A stretch of DNA of 64,000 nucleotides from Dendrobates tinctorius (lineage: Eukaryota): contig NW_027361728.1 of NCBI RefSeq assembly GCF_039654945.1, forward strand, positions 24,800,001 to 24,864,000, in the 5' to 3' direction. Position numbers and translations under genes: made by a program. The notes under the pieces were generated by a model. The model was given only the letters and a program-made list of their open reading frames with translations, was not told the origin of the DNA and made no database searches. Shown piece after piece: positions 1 through 10,744 of this stretch (position 1 is its first letter; the number at the start of each line of letters is the position of its first letter).

Positions 1-2287
1 AGTGTGGCCACCAGGAAGACAGCACATCATCTTCTGGGAGCCCTCCCTCGCATCGTCAGCGTTTGACGGTAAGTTTTTATTTCCAAAATCCATCATCTCT
101 GTAATATATGTCTATTCATTGCCTTTTATTTCAAAACAGGATTCACAAGATGAAGAGGAGCTCCCAGAAGAAGAAGGAAGGGGTGGACAGACACTTGGAG
201 TGGGCTCACAATTGGTAAGTTTTTTGCATCAAACGCAGAAACACAACATCACACTACACACAACACATAGAAAACAATGTTCTGCAGACCACACACAGCA
301 AACAAATGCCTACATCCAAAGACATAACATTTTTTGTTTTCTTCTCTAGTCTTCCCAATCTGGTGCTCGGCCAAGAGGTCCTCGCAGTGCCTCCCAGGGT
401 CGTCGGCGACAGCAACGCGGCGGTCACCAGCGTGTAAGTATAAATATTTTTGCTTTGTTTTTTTGCACTTTTTATTTCATTTCTTTTGTGGAGGCTAATT
501 ATGTTATTTTTGTCTTTTTCTTTAACAGCCTTCACAGCGTGCTCCCGACTCTGACGGTGAGGATGGAGGACTCGATGTGGACCACCTCATCGATAACGTC
601 AGAGAAAGGGAGCCGCTCTGGAATATGGCTGACCGCCGCCACGCTGACCTTATCGTTACCCGACGACTCTGGGAGGAAATCTGTTCGCTCCTTGTGGGCC
701 GCTGGGAGGACCTCGATGTTCGGGCCCAGATTAAAGAGCGTAAGTATATACAGTACCGGTTGCTTGATGTAAACCAGTGTTTCCCGAACTCCAGTCCTCA
801 TGGTCCCCACGGATCATGTGTTCAGGATTTCTATTTACTATGGAAATCCTGAAAACATGACCCCTGGGGACCATGAGGACTGGAGTTTGGGAAACACTGA
901 TGTTGTATACTAACCACTCCTTTCTTGTTTCAGGGAACAGAATTGTGAATCGGTGGCGGTCTGTGAGGGATCGTTTCAAGAAGGAGTTCAATAAAGAGAT
1001 GCGGGCCCCGAGTGGATCTGGAGGACGCAGGAGCAAGTACAAGTACGCACAAGCCCTGTCGTTCCTCCGGGAAACAATGGTCACTAGAAGGTAAATATTA
1101 CACACCACATGTGAAAAAAAATGTTAGATGTAACTTTTTTTTTTCAGCCAGGGCCATACCATGTCAGTATTTTAATTGTTTTTTTTTTCTCTTTATTCCA
1201 CAGCACGGTGAGCAGCACTCGGGAGCCTGCACGATTGGACCCTTCTGAGGCGATCCCTGAGGAGACCGGCACCGAGGGACACTTCGACCGCCCCGGTACA
1301 TCTGCACCTTCCCAGCCTTCCCACACATTCGACCCATCTGTCCCATCCACCAGCACAGGAGCATCGTGGCCGCCTACATTACATGAATCTGCTGGTGAGG
1401 AGATCGCTTTCCCTTTACCCCACCCTTCTGCCCCTGCCACCTCTAGTACACCTGCGGGTACTGGGCGACAGCGGCAGAGGGGTCAGGAAAAGAGTTATGC
1501 GCCAGAGTTCTTGCATCTGAATGCATCTTTCCAGAACTGTCTAAAAGTCTTGTCAGAGCAAATCTCCGCAGGCTATCAGCAGATCAACTCCAGCATTCTG
1601 GAGGTGAAGACACTTCTGCAAACCATGCATTCAGCAGCAAGATCTTCGCCAAACCACACCTTTTTCAGGTCTGTTGTGGAGCGCATGGCAACACTATCTC
1701 CTACCCAGCAGATGCATGTAATGCATTCGTGCCACGGTGCTCTACAGCAGGTTACCTCCCAACCTCCACCTCCCACCACTGTAGTTCCTCCACCTGCACC
1801 CCCTCCAGCCACTTTCCATCCTCCCCCTCCTATTACATCTGCACCCCCTCCAGTCACTTTCCATCCTCCCCCTCCTATTACATCTGCACCCCCTCCAGCC
1901 ACTTTCCATCCTCCCCCTCCTATTACATACCAGCAACCTCACCAGTACCAGCAACCTCCCCAGTACCAGACATCTCCCCACTTCCAGCAACCTGCCCCGT
2001 ACCAAACTCCTTCCCCGTACCAAACTCCTTCCCCGTACCAAACTCCTTCCCCATACAACTTTCCATCAACATCATCTGCTCCTACAGTCCCTGCCCAACC
2101 CTCCACTCCACCGCCCACCACCTCTTCTGCCTCCCACATGTCCACCCAGTCTGTAGCTTTTTCCACACCATCACCTCTAACTGTTCCTTCCCCACCACGA
2201 TCCCAGTCCTCTCTCCACACTCCCATTGTCGAAGTGTCCCGCAGCCCCTCCAGCAGTATTTCCACCCCACACTACACCGAGTTATAA
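1..2287 (+). CDS. Harbinger Myb/SANT-like (MADF) DNA-binding protein, spliced: exons <1-68, 140-214, 350-433, 529-739, 934-1090, 1204-2287
   Basis: All introns GT-AG and exons join in one open frame; MADF motif LIDNVREREPLWN...LWEEIC...NRWRSVRDRFKKE...YAQALSFL; BESS-like HTFFRSVVERMATLSPTQQMHV; P/Q/Y-rich tail; AATAAA at 2300-2305; start codon not visible in the window. Confidence 0.85.
775..899. mobile_element. 125-bp hAT (Charlie-like) MITE in an intron of the Harbinger MADF gene
   Basis: Hairpin with termini CAGTGTTTCCCGAACT...AGTTTGGGAAACACTG; degenerate TSD atgtaaac / atgttgta. Confidence 0.7.
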
Positions 2288-2769
2288 TGTTTTTTTTGTA
2301 ATAAAAATGCCCATTTGGTTGGTTTCAAACCTTTATTAAAAAAGTTTTTTTAACTTTAAAAACAGTTTACACAAAAAAAAATATTTTAAATAAAAGTTAA
2401 ATTATTGTTTACACTGGTTGTCTGTCATTTCTTTCTGCGGTTAAATACAGGGTATTTAAAAGGTAAAAAGGTATTCAAAACCAGGTATATAACTGTGGGT
2501 AAATTTTAGCTTTTTGCCACAGTTGTGTTCCTGGTTGTGTTTGAAGCAAAGTATTTCACCTAAAAAGTTGTGTTTATTGTTGGTGATTTCCTAACAATGT
2601 ACACAACTTTTGTTAAAAGGTGAAATACTTTGCATAAAACACAACCAGGTACACACCTGTGGCCTAAAGCTAAAAATAGTAAGACCATGACAAGATAGCC
2701 AACTTTGGTTGGCAAAGGTATATACTGTTGGTCCAGAAGGTACACAAGTTTGGTTAGGGCACAAATCTT

Positions 2770-2895
2770 TCACACTCTGTCATCCTGCCAGTGTACTCTG
2801 CCTTGAGGTGACATAAAGTATAGTGCAAAATTGTCCCTCATTACTGAAACCGTCACAGAACTTCTAGTGGTAATATTTCCAATGACAACATCCAT
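2770..2895 (-). pseudogene. Harbinger transposase remnant: 41-aa in-frame fusion of presumed N-terminus and C-terminus
   Basis: GGCGAAGATGG context; MDVVIGNITTRSSVTVSVMRDNFALYFMSPQGRVHWQDDRV*; RDxF..YF.S..G.V.WQ is the typical Harbinger/HARBI1-like transposase C-terminus; no DDE core. Confidence 0.8.
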
Positions 2896-2973
2896 CTTCG
2901 CCAGTAACTTGCTCTTCTCTCCAACCTGCACTTTCTTCTCTACAACCTGTCAAAGAAGGGCTGTAGGAACATG

Positions 2974-2999
2974 CTATATATAGTTTTCCAGTAGCCAAT
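2974..2999 (-). promoter_or_regulatory. Putative transposase promoter (TATA-like CTATATATAG and CCAAT box)
   Basis: CTATATATAG at 2974-2983 and CCAAT at 2995-2999, about 80-100 nt upstream of the ATG at 2895. Confidence 0.45.
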
Positions 3000-3822
3000 C
3001 CCGTTCGGAAGGCCACAAGGGTCAATTTTAAAAACCGGATCCGGCGTAATCCGTCGAAAAACGGATAGAAAAACGGATGAACCGGATGAGACGGATCCGG
3101 TTTTGTCTGTCAAGAACAAGACGGATCCGGCAGAAAACCGGATCCGGCACATCAGGTTTTACAAAAAAAAACGGATCCGGCATTCCGGCACGACGCCGGA
3201 TCGCGCCTGACGCCGAAAACCTGATGTGTGAAAGTAGCCTTATACTCTACAATATTTTCTGCAAGTTGCATACATGTCTGACCATTTAAGTGCAGCTTCC
3301 TCCTAGCCATTTTTTTTTTTTTTATAAATAAAGTAATCGATATCATACCATTTTACACAAATCTGTAGAGATTCGCTGCCTTTTTTGAAGAGAGAATTTT
3401 ATTATTATGCTGATCAAATGCGGAGAAGTTGTATCGAGCAGTGTCCACTGGAGGGCGCCTAGAGTTTAGCTCTGCGTTAGAACAACACCCTTCTGCATAC
3501 TCCAGCTGCATGGGGTTGACACAAAACCCTTGCCCTCTTACAGCTTACTGCATTGGTGTACAAGCAGGCCAGATGGATAAGGTCCTGCATGAAGTAATAA
3601 TATAGAATGAATTCTTATATCATTTCTAATACCCAATATATGTAGCAGATACCTCTCCTATAGCTCCTGATATTGAGGATCGGATCACTTCATTGCTTGT
3701 TCTGTGGCCAGTGACCATACATTTCATTATATTTGACATTGTTAACTCCTAGAATATGACATATACTTACAAAGTAGACACTGACTCCATTTTGTTTGTG
3801 TGTGTATGTATATATATATATA

Positions 3823-4973
3823 TTTTGTTAATTTTGTTAAAATGCAGATTGCACATTTTCTGTTAGTACAATAAACCTCATTTGAATCCAGAAATATAAC
3901 CATATAAACATCAGTTATTAGATACTAGATTATGGCCCGATGCTATCGCATCGGGAGGATGCGATAGCATCACACCTCTTGCCATGTTAACCCTCAACAC
4001 ACACACTCCTCAACACACACTCCTCTCACCTTTCACCATCTCCACTCACTCTTTCACTCCACATACGACCCCTTCTCTCACTCCATCTCTCATACTCACG
4101 CTGTCATCGCCGCTGCTCCACGATCCCCGACATCATCTTCCGCCGGCACCATCCTGGATCCAGACGTTGTCCACGCCGACGACATGTTCTTGCGGCGACG
4201 CCATCTTGAGTATCGTGAAATCCCGCGATACTAAAGATGGCGTCGCCGGAAGAACATGTCGCCGGCGTGGACGACGTCGGGATCCAAAATGGCGTCGGCG
4301 AAATCTCGCGAGTTTTCGCCGACGCCATTTTGGATCCCGACGTCGTCCTCACCGGCGACATGTTCTTGCGGCGACGCCATCTTGAGTATCGCGGGATTTC
4401 GCCGATCCAAAATGGCGTCGCCGCAGGAACATGTCGCCGGCGTGGATGCTGTCGGGATCCAAAATGGCGTCGGCGAAATCTCGCGAGATTTTGCCGACGC
4501 CATTTTGGATCCCGACGTCCTCCACGCCGGCGACATGTTCTTGCGGCGACGCCATCTTGACTATCGCGGGATTTCGCCGATCCAAAATGGCGTCGCCGCA
4601 AGAACATGTCGCCGGCGTGGAGGACGTCTGGATCCAGGATGGCGCCGACGGAAGATGATGTCGGGGATCGTGGATCAGCGGCGATGATGGCGTGAGTATG
4701 AGAGACGGAGTGAGAGAAGGGGTCATATGTGGAGTGAAAGAGTGAGTGGAGATGGTGAAAGGTGAGAGGAGTGTGTGTGTTGAGGGTTAACATGGAAAGA
4801 GGTGTGCGGTGACGTCACCGGTTACAACTGGACGGAAGTTGTTACAACCGGAAGCTGCTTAGGGCATTTATTATTATAGATATGAAACTGAAATAGCTGT
4901 TGCAAAAACCAAAATTGTTATAAAGAAAAAAGGTTAACATTAATAGGGGTGCCCAAACTTTAACATATGACTG
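3823..4973. mobile_element. Tc1-like terminal remnant split by a Helitron
   Basis: Ends GGGGTGCCCAAACTTTAACATATGACTG|TA; sequence continues across the Helitron at an A|T site. Confidence 0.55.
3925..4880 (-). mobile_element. Non-autonomous Helitron with a large internal palindrome
   Basis: Minus strand starts TC(TATAATAA) and ends CTAG; hairpin CCCGATGC-TATC-GCATCGGG (3936-3955) 11 nt from the 3' end; inserted between A and T with no TSD. Confidence 0.85.
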
Positions 4974-5379
4974 TATATATAAAGCTGAGTGTCGAGCCCC
5001 GCTCACTCCGCATAGCCACAGTCACTATAATATCCCACACAGGGTCGGACTGGGGTGCCTAGGGCCCACCAGGGGAATTGACTCTAGGGGCCCACCCCAT
5101 GGCTACCATAAATGGTTTTATTACGTGTTCATTTTTTGGCCTCTCCCACTAAAACGTGTGCCATTTAGCAAGCTGTACAGTGTGCAAAAGAGAACGCTCT
5201 CAGCCTCCTATATATCGTGCACACTGTACTCTTGGCATCCTATATCACATACAGACCGCACTCTCGGTCTCCTATAACAGATACTTTCTATAAGAGGCTG
5301 AGAGTGTGGTATGTACAGTATATAGGATGCCGATATTGCGGTATGTACGGCATATTGGCATCGTATATGACATGCAGAC

Positions 5380-5695
5380 TATCGGCCTCCTATTACGCCC
5401 ACTATAAGACAGTGTCGTCCTCCTATTAGGCCCCCTATAAGACATACAGACTGTCAGCCTCCTATTAAGCCTCCTATGAGACATGCAGACTGTTAGTCTC
5501 CTATTAGGCCCCCTATAAGACATACAGACTATCGGCCTCCTATTAGGCCCCTATAAAACATACTGAGTGTCGGCCTCCTGTTAGGCCCCCTATAAGACAT
5601 ACTGAGTGTTGGCCTCCTATTAGGCCCCCTATAAGACTTACAGACTGTTGGCCTCCTATTAGGCCCCCTATAAGACATACTGAGTGTCGGCCTCT
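5380..5695. repeat. ~39-bp minisatellite
   Basis: Unit cctcctattaggccccctataagacatacagactgtcgg, about 8 copies. Confidence 0.85.
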
Positions 5696-5889
5696 GTACA
5701 GACTGCACTCTCTGCCTATGTACGGCATACAGGAGGATGATAGTGCGGTCTGTACGGTCGGTATACTGGCCTCATGACATTTTAGGCCATATAAGAGTGT
5801 GGTGCGTCTGTATCTTATCTAGGAGGCACTGGCAGAGATTGTGATCTGTGATGCTGCATCATGTCATGTGTATGACCAGGGCCAGATTT

Positions 5890-6329
5890 GGGATTTGGAT
5901 GTTTCGCCCCCAGCAGTTTGCCCCCAGCAGTTCGCCCCCGGATGTTTCGCCCCTGGATTTTTCGCCCCCAGCAGTTCACCCCTGGATATTTCGCCCCCAG
6001 ATTTTTAACCCCGGGCAGTTCACCCCCGGATTCTTCACCCCAGCAGTTCACCCCCGGATGTGTACCCTGTTTTGCCATGTTTTGCCTATATTGCGAAATA
6101 TCCGGGGGCGAACTGCTGGGGCGAAAAATCCAGGGGCGAAAAATCCAGGGGCGAAACATCCAGGGGCGAACTGCTGGGGGGTGAAACACCCAGGGGCAAA
6201 CTGCTGGGGGCGAAAAATCCGGGGGCGAACTGCTGGGGGTGAAATGTGCGGGGGCGAAATGTACCTGGGGCGAACTGCTGGGGGCAAATTGCTGGGGGCG
6301 AACTGCTGGGGACGAAACTTCCTAAAACC
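5890..6329. mobile_element. Foldback / Mutator-like MITE
   Basis: 9-bp TSD GCCAGATTT / GCCAGGTTT; G...C termini; arms built of inverted tandem ttcgcccccagcag / ctgctgggggcgaa subrepeats. Confidence 0.7.
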
Positions 6330-6599
6330 GCCAGGTTTAGGCAAAGTGGGGCCCTAGGCCAATTTTAAAATGGGGCCCCAAATGATAACATATTGCACAT
6401 CACACAGAAGCATTTCGGTTGTAGTTACATGCGCTGAGTTCAGGACGCTGTATCAGTGTGATCGACAATATTGAAGTCGTTCAACACTTGTTTCCCGGCC
6501 TCTTTCCACCGTCTGAGAAAGAATGATGGGGACAGAACAATCACTAATGGATTAATCTGTCCCCATACAGTATCATGTTATCAGCAGCACATCTACAGT

Positions 6600-8045
6600 T
6601 TCCATATAATGTCCCCCATAGTCCTCCATATAATATATTCTGCCCCATAGTCCTCCATATAGTAAAATACACTGCTCAGTCCTCCATATAGTTTAATACA
6701 CTCCTCATAGTGTTCCATATAGTATAATAGACCGCCAGTCATCCATGTAGTACAATTCACTTCCCATAGTATAATGCACCCCATAGTTCTTCATATAGTG
6801 TAATGTATTCCCCATAGTCCTCGATACAGTATAATGCAGCCCACATATAACATAATGCAGCCACCCCACAGAGTATAATGCGGCCCTGCCATACAATATA
6901 ATGTAACCCCCATAGAATATAATGCAGCCCCCCTCTTATAGTATAATGCAGCCACCCCTTAGAGCATAATGTAGCCACCCCACAGAATACAATGCAACCC
7001 TGCATAGAATATAATGCAGCCCCCCTCATATAGTATAATGCAGCCCCTCCATAGAATATATGGCAGCCCCTTATATAGTGTAATGTAGCCCCTCCATAGA
7101 ATACAATGTAGCCCTCCTCATATAGTATAATGCAGCCCCAATAGAATATAATGTAGCCTCCTCATGAAGTATAATAAAGCCCCCCTACAATATAATCTAG
7201 CCCCCCATAAAATATAATGCAGCCCCCATAGAATACAATGCAGCCTCCTCATATAGTATAAGGTAGCCCCTTCATAGAATGATGCGATCACCACCATAGA
7301 ATATAGTAAAGATAATACAGCCCCCCATAGAATATAATGTAGCCCCGAATAGAATAGAATACAGCCCACCTCCCCATAGAATATAATGTAGCCCCCGATA
7401 TTATATAACACAGCCTCCCCCATAGAATATAATGTATAATGTACCCCCCATGGTATATAACACAGCCTCATAGTATATAACACAGCTCCACATGGTATAT
7501 AGCAAAGCCCCACATGGTATATAGCACAGCACCATGTCATACAGCACAGCCCCCCATTGGTATACAGCACAGCCCCCCATTGGTATACAGCACAGCCCCT
7601 CATTGGTATACAGCACAGCGCCATGGTATACAGCACGGCCCACATGGTATTAAGCACTGCCCCACATGGTATAAAGCACAGGCCCACATGGTACACAGCA
7701 CAGCCCCCCATTGGTATACAGCACATCCCCCCATTGGTATACAGCACAGCCCCCCATTGGTATACAGCACAGCCCCCCATTAGTATACAGCACAGCCCCA
7801 CATGGTATAAAGCACAGCCCCACATGGTATATATCACATCATCACATGGTTTACAGCACAGCCCCCCATTGGTATACAGCACAGCCCCCCATTGGTATAC
7901 AGCACAGCCCCATGGTATACAGCATAGCCCCACATGGTATAAAGCACAGGCCCACATGATATAAAGCACAGCATCACATGGTATACAGCAAAGCAGCACA
8001 TGGTATACAATACCATGGTATACAGCACAGCCCCACATGATATAC
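6600..8045. repeat. ~22-23-bp minisatellite array that changes consensus along its length
   Basis: catagtataatgcagcccc-type units (to ~7440) grade into catggtatacagcacagcccc-type units. Confidence 0.9.
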
Positions 8046-8052
8046 ATCACAG

Positions 8053-8790
8053 GCCTCTTCCTCCTCTGGACCCCTCTTCCCTTCTCTTCCTCCTCCGGAC
8101 CTCTCTGGCCTCCTCTTACTTCTCCAGACCCCTCTTCCCTCCTCCTGACCCCTCTGGCCTCCTCTTCCTCCTCCTGACCCCTCTTCCCTCCTCTTCCTGC
8201 TCCAGACCCCTCTGGCCTCCTCTTTCTCCTCTGGCCTCCTCTTCCTCCTCTGTACCCCTCTGGCCTCCTCTTCTTCCCTCCTCTTCCTCCTCCAGACCCC
8301 TCTGGCCTCCTTTTCCTCCTCTTCCTCCTCTGGACCCCTCTGGCCTCCTCTTCCTCTTCCGGACCCCTCTGGCCTCATCCGGACCCTTCTTCCCTCCTCT
8401 TTACCCCTCTGGCCTCCTCTTCCTCCTCCGGACCCCTCTTCCCTCCTCTTCCTGCTCCAGACCCCTCTGGCCTCCTCTTCCTCCTCTGGCTTCCTCTTCC
8501 TCCTCTGTACCCCTCTGGCCTCCTCTTCCTCTTCCCTCCTCTTCCTCCTCTGGACCCCTCTGGCCTCCTCTTCCTCCTCTGGACCCCTCTGGCCTCCTCT
8601 TCCTCCTCTGGACCCCTCTGGCCTCCTCTTCCTCCTCTGGACCCCTCTGGCCTCCTCTTCCTCCTCTGGACCCCTCTGGCCTCCTCTTCCTCCTCTGGCC
8701 TCCTCTTCCTCCTCCGGACCCCTCTGGCATCCTCTTTCTCCTCCAGACCCCTCTTCCCTCCTCTTCCTCCTCCGGACCCCTCTGGCCTCT
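8053..8790. repeat. Polypyrimidine ~30-bp minisatellite
   Basis: cctcttcctcctctggacccctctggcct tandem units; strongly strand-asymmetric. Confidence 0.9.
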
Positions 8791-9291
8791 ACCATGGAGA
8801 CTTTGCTTCCCCTCCTCTTCAGGGACACAGACCACCTGTCACCCACTCACTCTAGACTCTACTCACCGGACCAGAGCAGAGTAGGAGCGGGAGCAGCAGC
8901 AGGGAGAGCGGATCTCAGCGGCGTCCTCTTCTCTCACACGCTGGCTGCTATACTATTAGTCAGCCAGCTACAGAGCCGGAAAGCAGAGCGCGGGGCGTTT
9001 CACCGCCCATCAAGAACAGCGCTGACGTCACGTGGCAAGGTCATGGGGCTGGGTGAGTCATCAGAGAGACCCAGAGCCAGCAAGGGGATCGCCCGACGCC
9101 GCGTCAGCGCCTCAGACGGGGGTATGCTGGGCCCGCGCCGCCTCGCGCTATGGTATGTGCACGCGCGCGTCCCTTCAAATCATGGGACACTCTTTTAAAG
9201 GGCCCACGCACTTAAAGGGGCAGCATTTTTAAAGGACCCTCGGGGCCCACCGTGCATTTACTCGGTACCTCGCCAGGCCACACCGAGCCTG

Positions 9292-10325
9292 ATCCCACAT
9301 AATCCCGTCAGCCAGAGCTACCGGACTACTATCCCGAATATCCCACGTCATCCCGTCAAAGCCACCTGACTACTACCCCTAATATCCAACATCATCCCGT
9401 CATCCAGAGCCACCGGACAACTACCACTAATATCCCACATCATCCCGTCACAGCCACCGGACTACTACCCCTAATATCCCACATCATCCCGTCAGAGCCA
9501 TCGGACTACTACCCCTAATATCGCACATTATTCCATCAGCCAGAGCCACCGGACTACTCCCCCTAATATCCCACATCATGCCGTCAGCCAGAGCCACAGG
9601 ACTACTACCCCTAATATCCCACATCATCCCGTCAGCCTGGGGTCAGAACCAGAGTACTGAGTGGAACGGTCCTAACTTCCATACTGGGGATCCCTTTAAG
9701 AGAGGCCTGGGGTCAGAACCAGAGCGCTGAGTGGATTTGCCCTGACTTCCATACCAATGATCCCTTTTATAGAAGCCTGGGGTGAGAATCAGAGCGCTGA
9801 GGGATTTACCCTAACTTCTATACCGGAGATCCCTTTAAGAAAGCCTGGGATCAGAACCAGAGCGCTGAGTGGATTTGCCCTGACTTGCATACCAATGATC
9901 CCTTTTATAGAAGCCTGGGGTGAGAATCGGAGCGCTGAGGGATTTGCCCTAACTTCTGTACAGGAGATCCCTTTAAGAGAGCCTGGGGTCAGTACTAGAG
10001 CATTTGAAGGCAATTGCCCTGACTTCCATACCGGGGATCCCTATAAGAGAGGCATGGGGTCAGAACCAAAGCACTGGATGGATTTGCCCTGCCTTTCATA
10101 CCGGAGATCCCTTTATGAAAGGCCAGGGGTCAGTACAAAAACGCTGAGTGGATTTGCCCTAACTTGCATACCAATGATCCCTTTAAGAGACCCTGCGGTC
10201 AGAACCACAGAGCTGAGTGGAACAGTCCTAACTTCCATATCGGGGATCCCTTTAAGAGAGGCCTGGGGTCAAAACCAAGGCGCTGGATGGATTTGCCCTT
10301 CCATACCGAACATCCATTTAAGAGG
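9292..10325. repeat. Two adjacent tandem arrays (~44-48-bp unit, then ~69-bp unit)
   Basis: atcccacatcatcccgtcagccagagccaccggactactacccct (9292-9636); cctggggtcagaaccagagcgctgagtggatttgccct... (9636-10325). Confidence 0.85.
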
Positions 10326-10744
10326 GAAGATGTGCCTATGTGATGGAGGATGTGTGATGGGGATATGGGCAAGGAGGGGGGGATTTATTTTTGTTATGTG
10401 CTCTGTGCTCCTATCTGGGGGACAGACAATGGCTGGGAGCTTATGTTCCCAGGGATGCTAGATTTCTCCCACCATGTCGGTGTCTGCTGAGGTGTTGTCA
10501 AGTGGGAAAACTTGCTCATAGCAACCAATCACAGCTCAGCTTCTTTTAACCAGCTCTGGTGAAATGAGAGATGCTTAGTGATTGGTTGCAAGGAAAACTG
10601 TTGCTCATAGCAACCAATCATAGCTCAGCTTCTTTTGGACAGCTCTGGTGAAATGAAAAATGCTTCGTGATTGGTTGGTAATAAACACATACATACATAC
10701 ATTCAGTGTTATATATAGAGATATAATATACAAATATATATATA

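Larger units (their letters stand above)
1..3239. mobile_element. PIF/Harbinger DNA transposon, internally deleted, left end outside the window
   Basis: Convergent MADF/Myb gene (+) and transposase remnant (-); right TIR ...GATGTGTGAAAGTAGCC followed by TTA; subterminal CCGGATCCGG repeats at 3035-3200. Confidence 0.9.
5040..9291. mobile_element. Non-autonomous hAT element (~4.25 kb) filled with minisatellites
   Basis: Perfect 8-bp TSD ATCCCACA (5032-5039 / 9292-9299); imperfect TIRs CAGGGTCGGACTGG / CCACACCGAGCCTG. Confidence 0.85.

Noticed and set aside
1121-2287. 388-aa standalone proline-rich (extensin-like) gene
   Set aside because: The ORF start is intronic; it is the last exon of the spliced Harbinger MADF gene
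3984-4793. Mirror-image ORFs on both strands
   Set aside because: Artefact of the palindrome in the Helitron
7118-8050. 310-aa Cys/Gly/Tyr-rich ORF resembling keratin-associated proteins
   Set aside because: Translation of the 22-23-bp satellite inside an hAT element
7974-8884. 290-294-aa ORFs on both strands (E/R/G-rich and P/L/S-rich)
   Set aside because: Produced by a stop-free CT minisatellite; no domain or splice context
9292-10325. Regularly spaced repeats superficially like a CRISPR array
   Set aside because: No unique spacers, no cas genes, eukaryotic intron; these are plain tandem repeats
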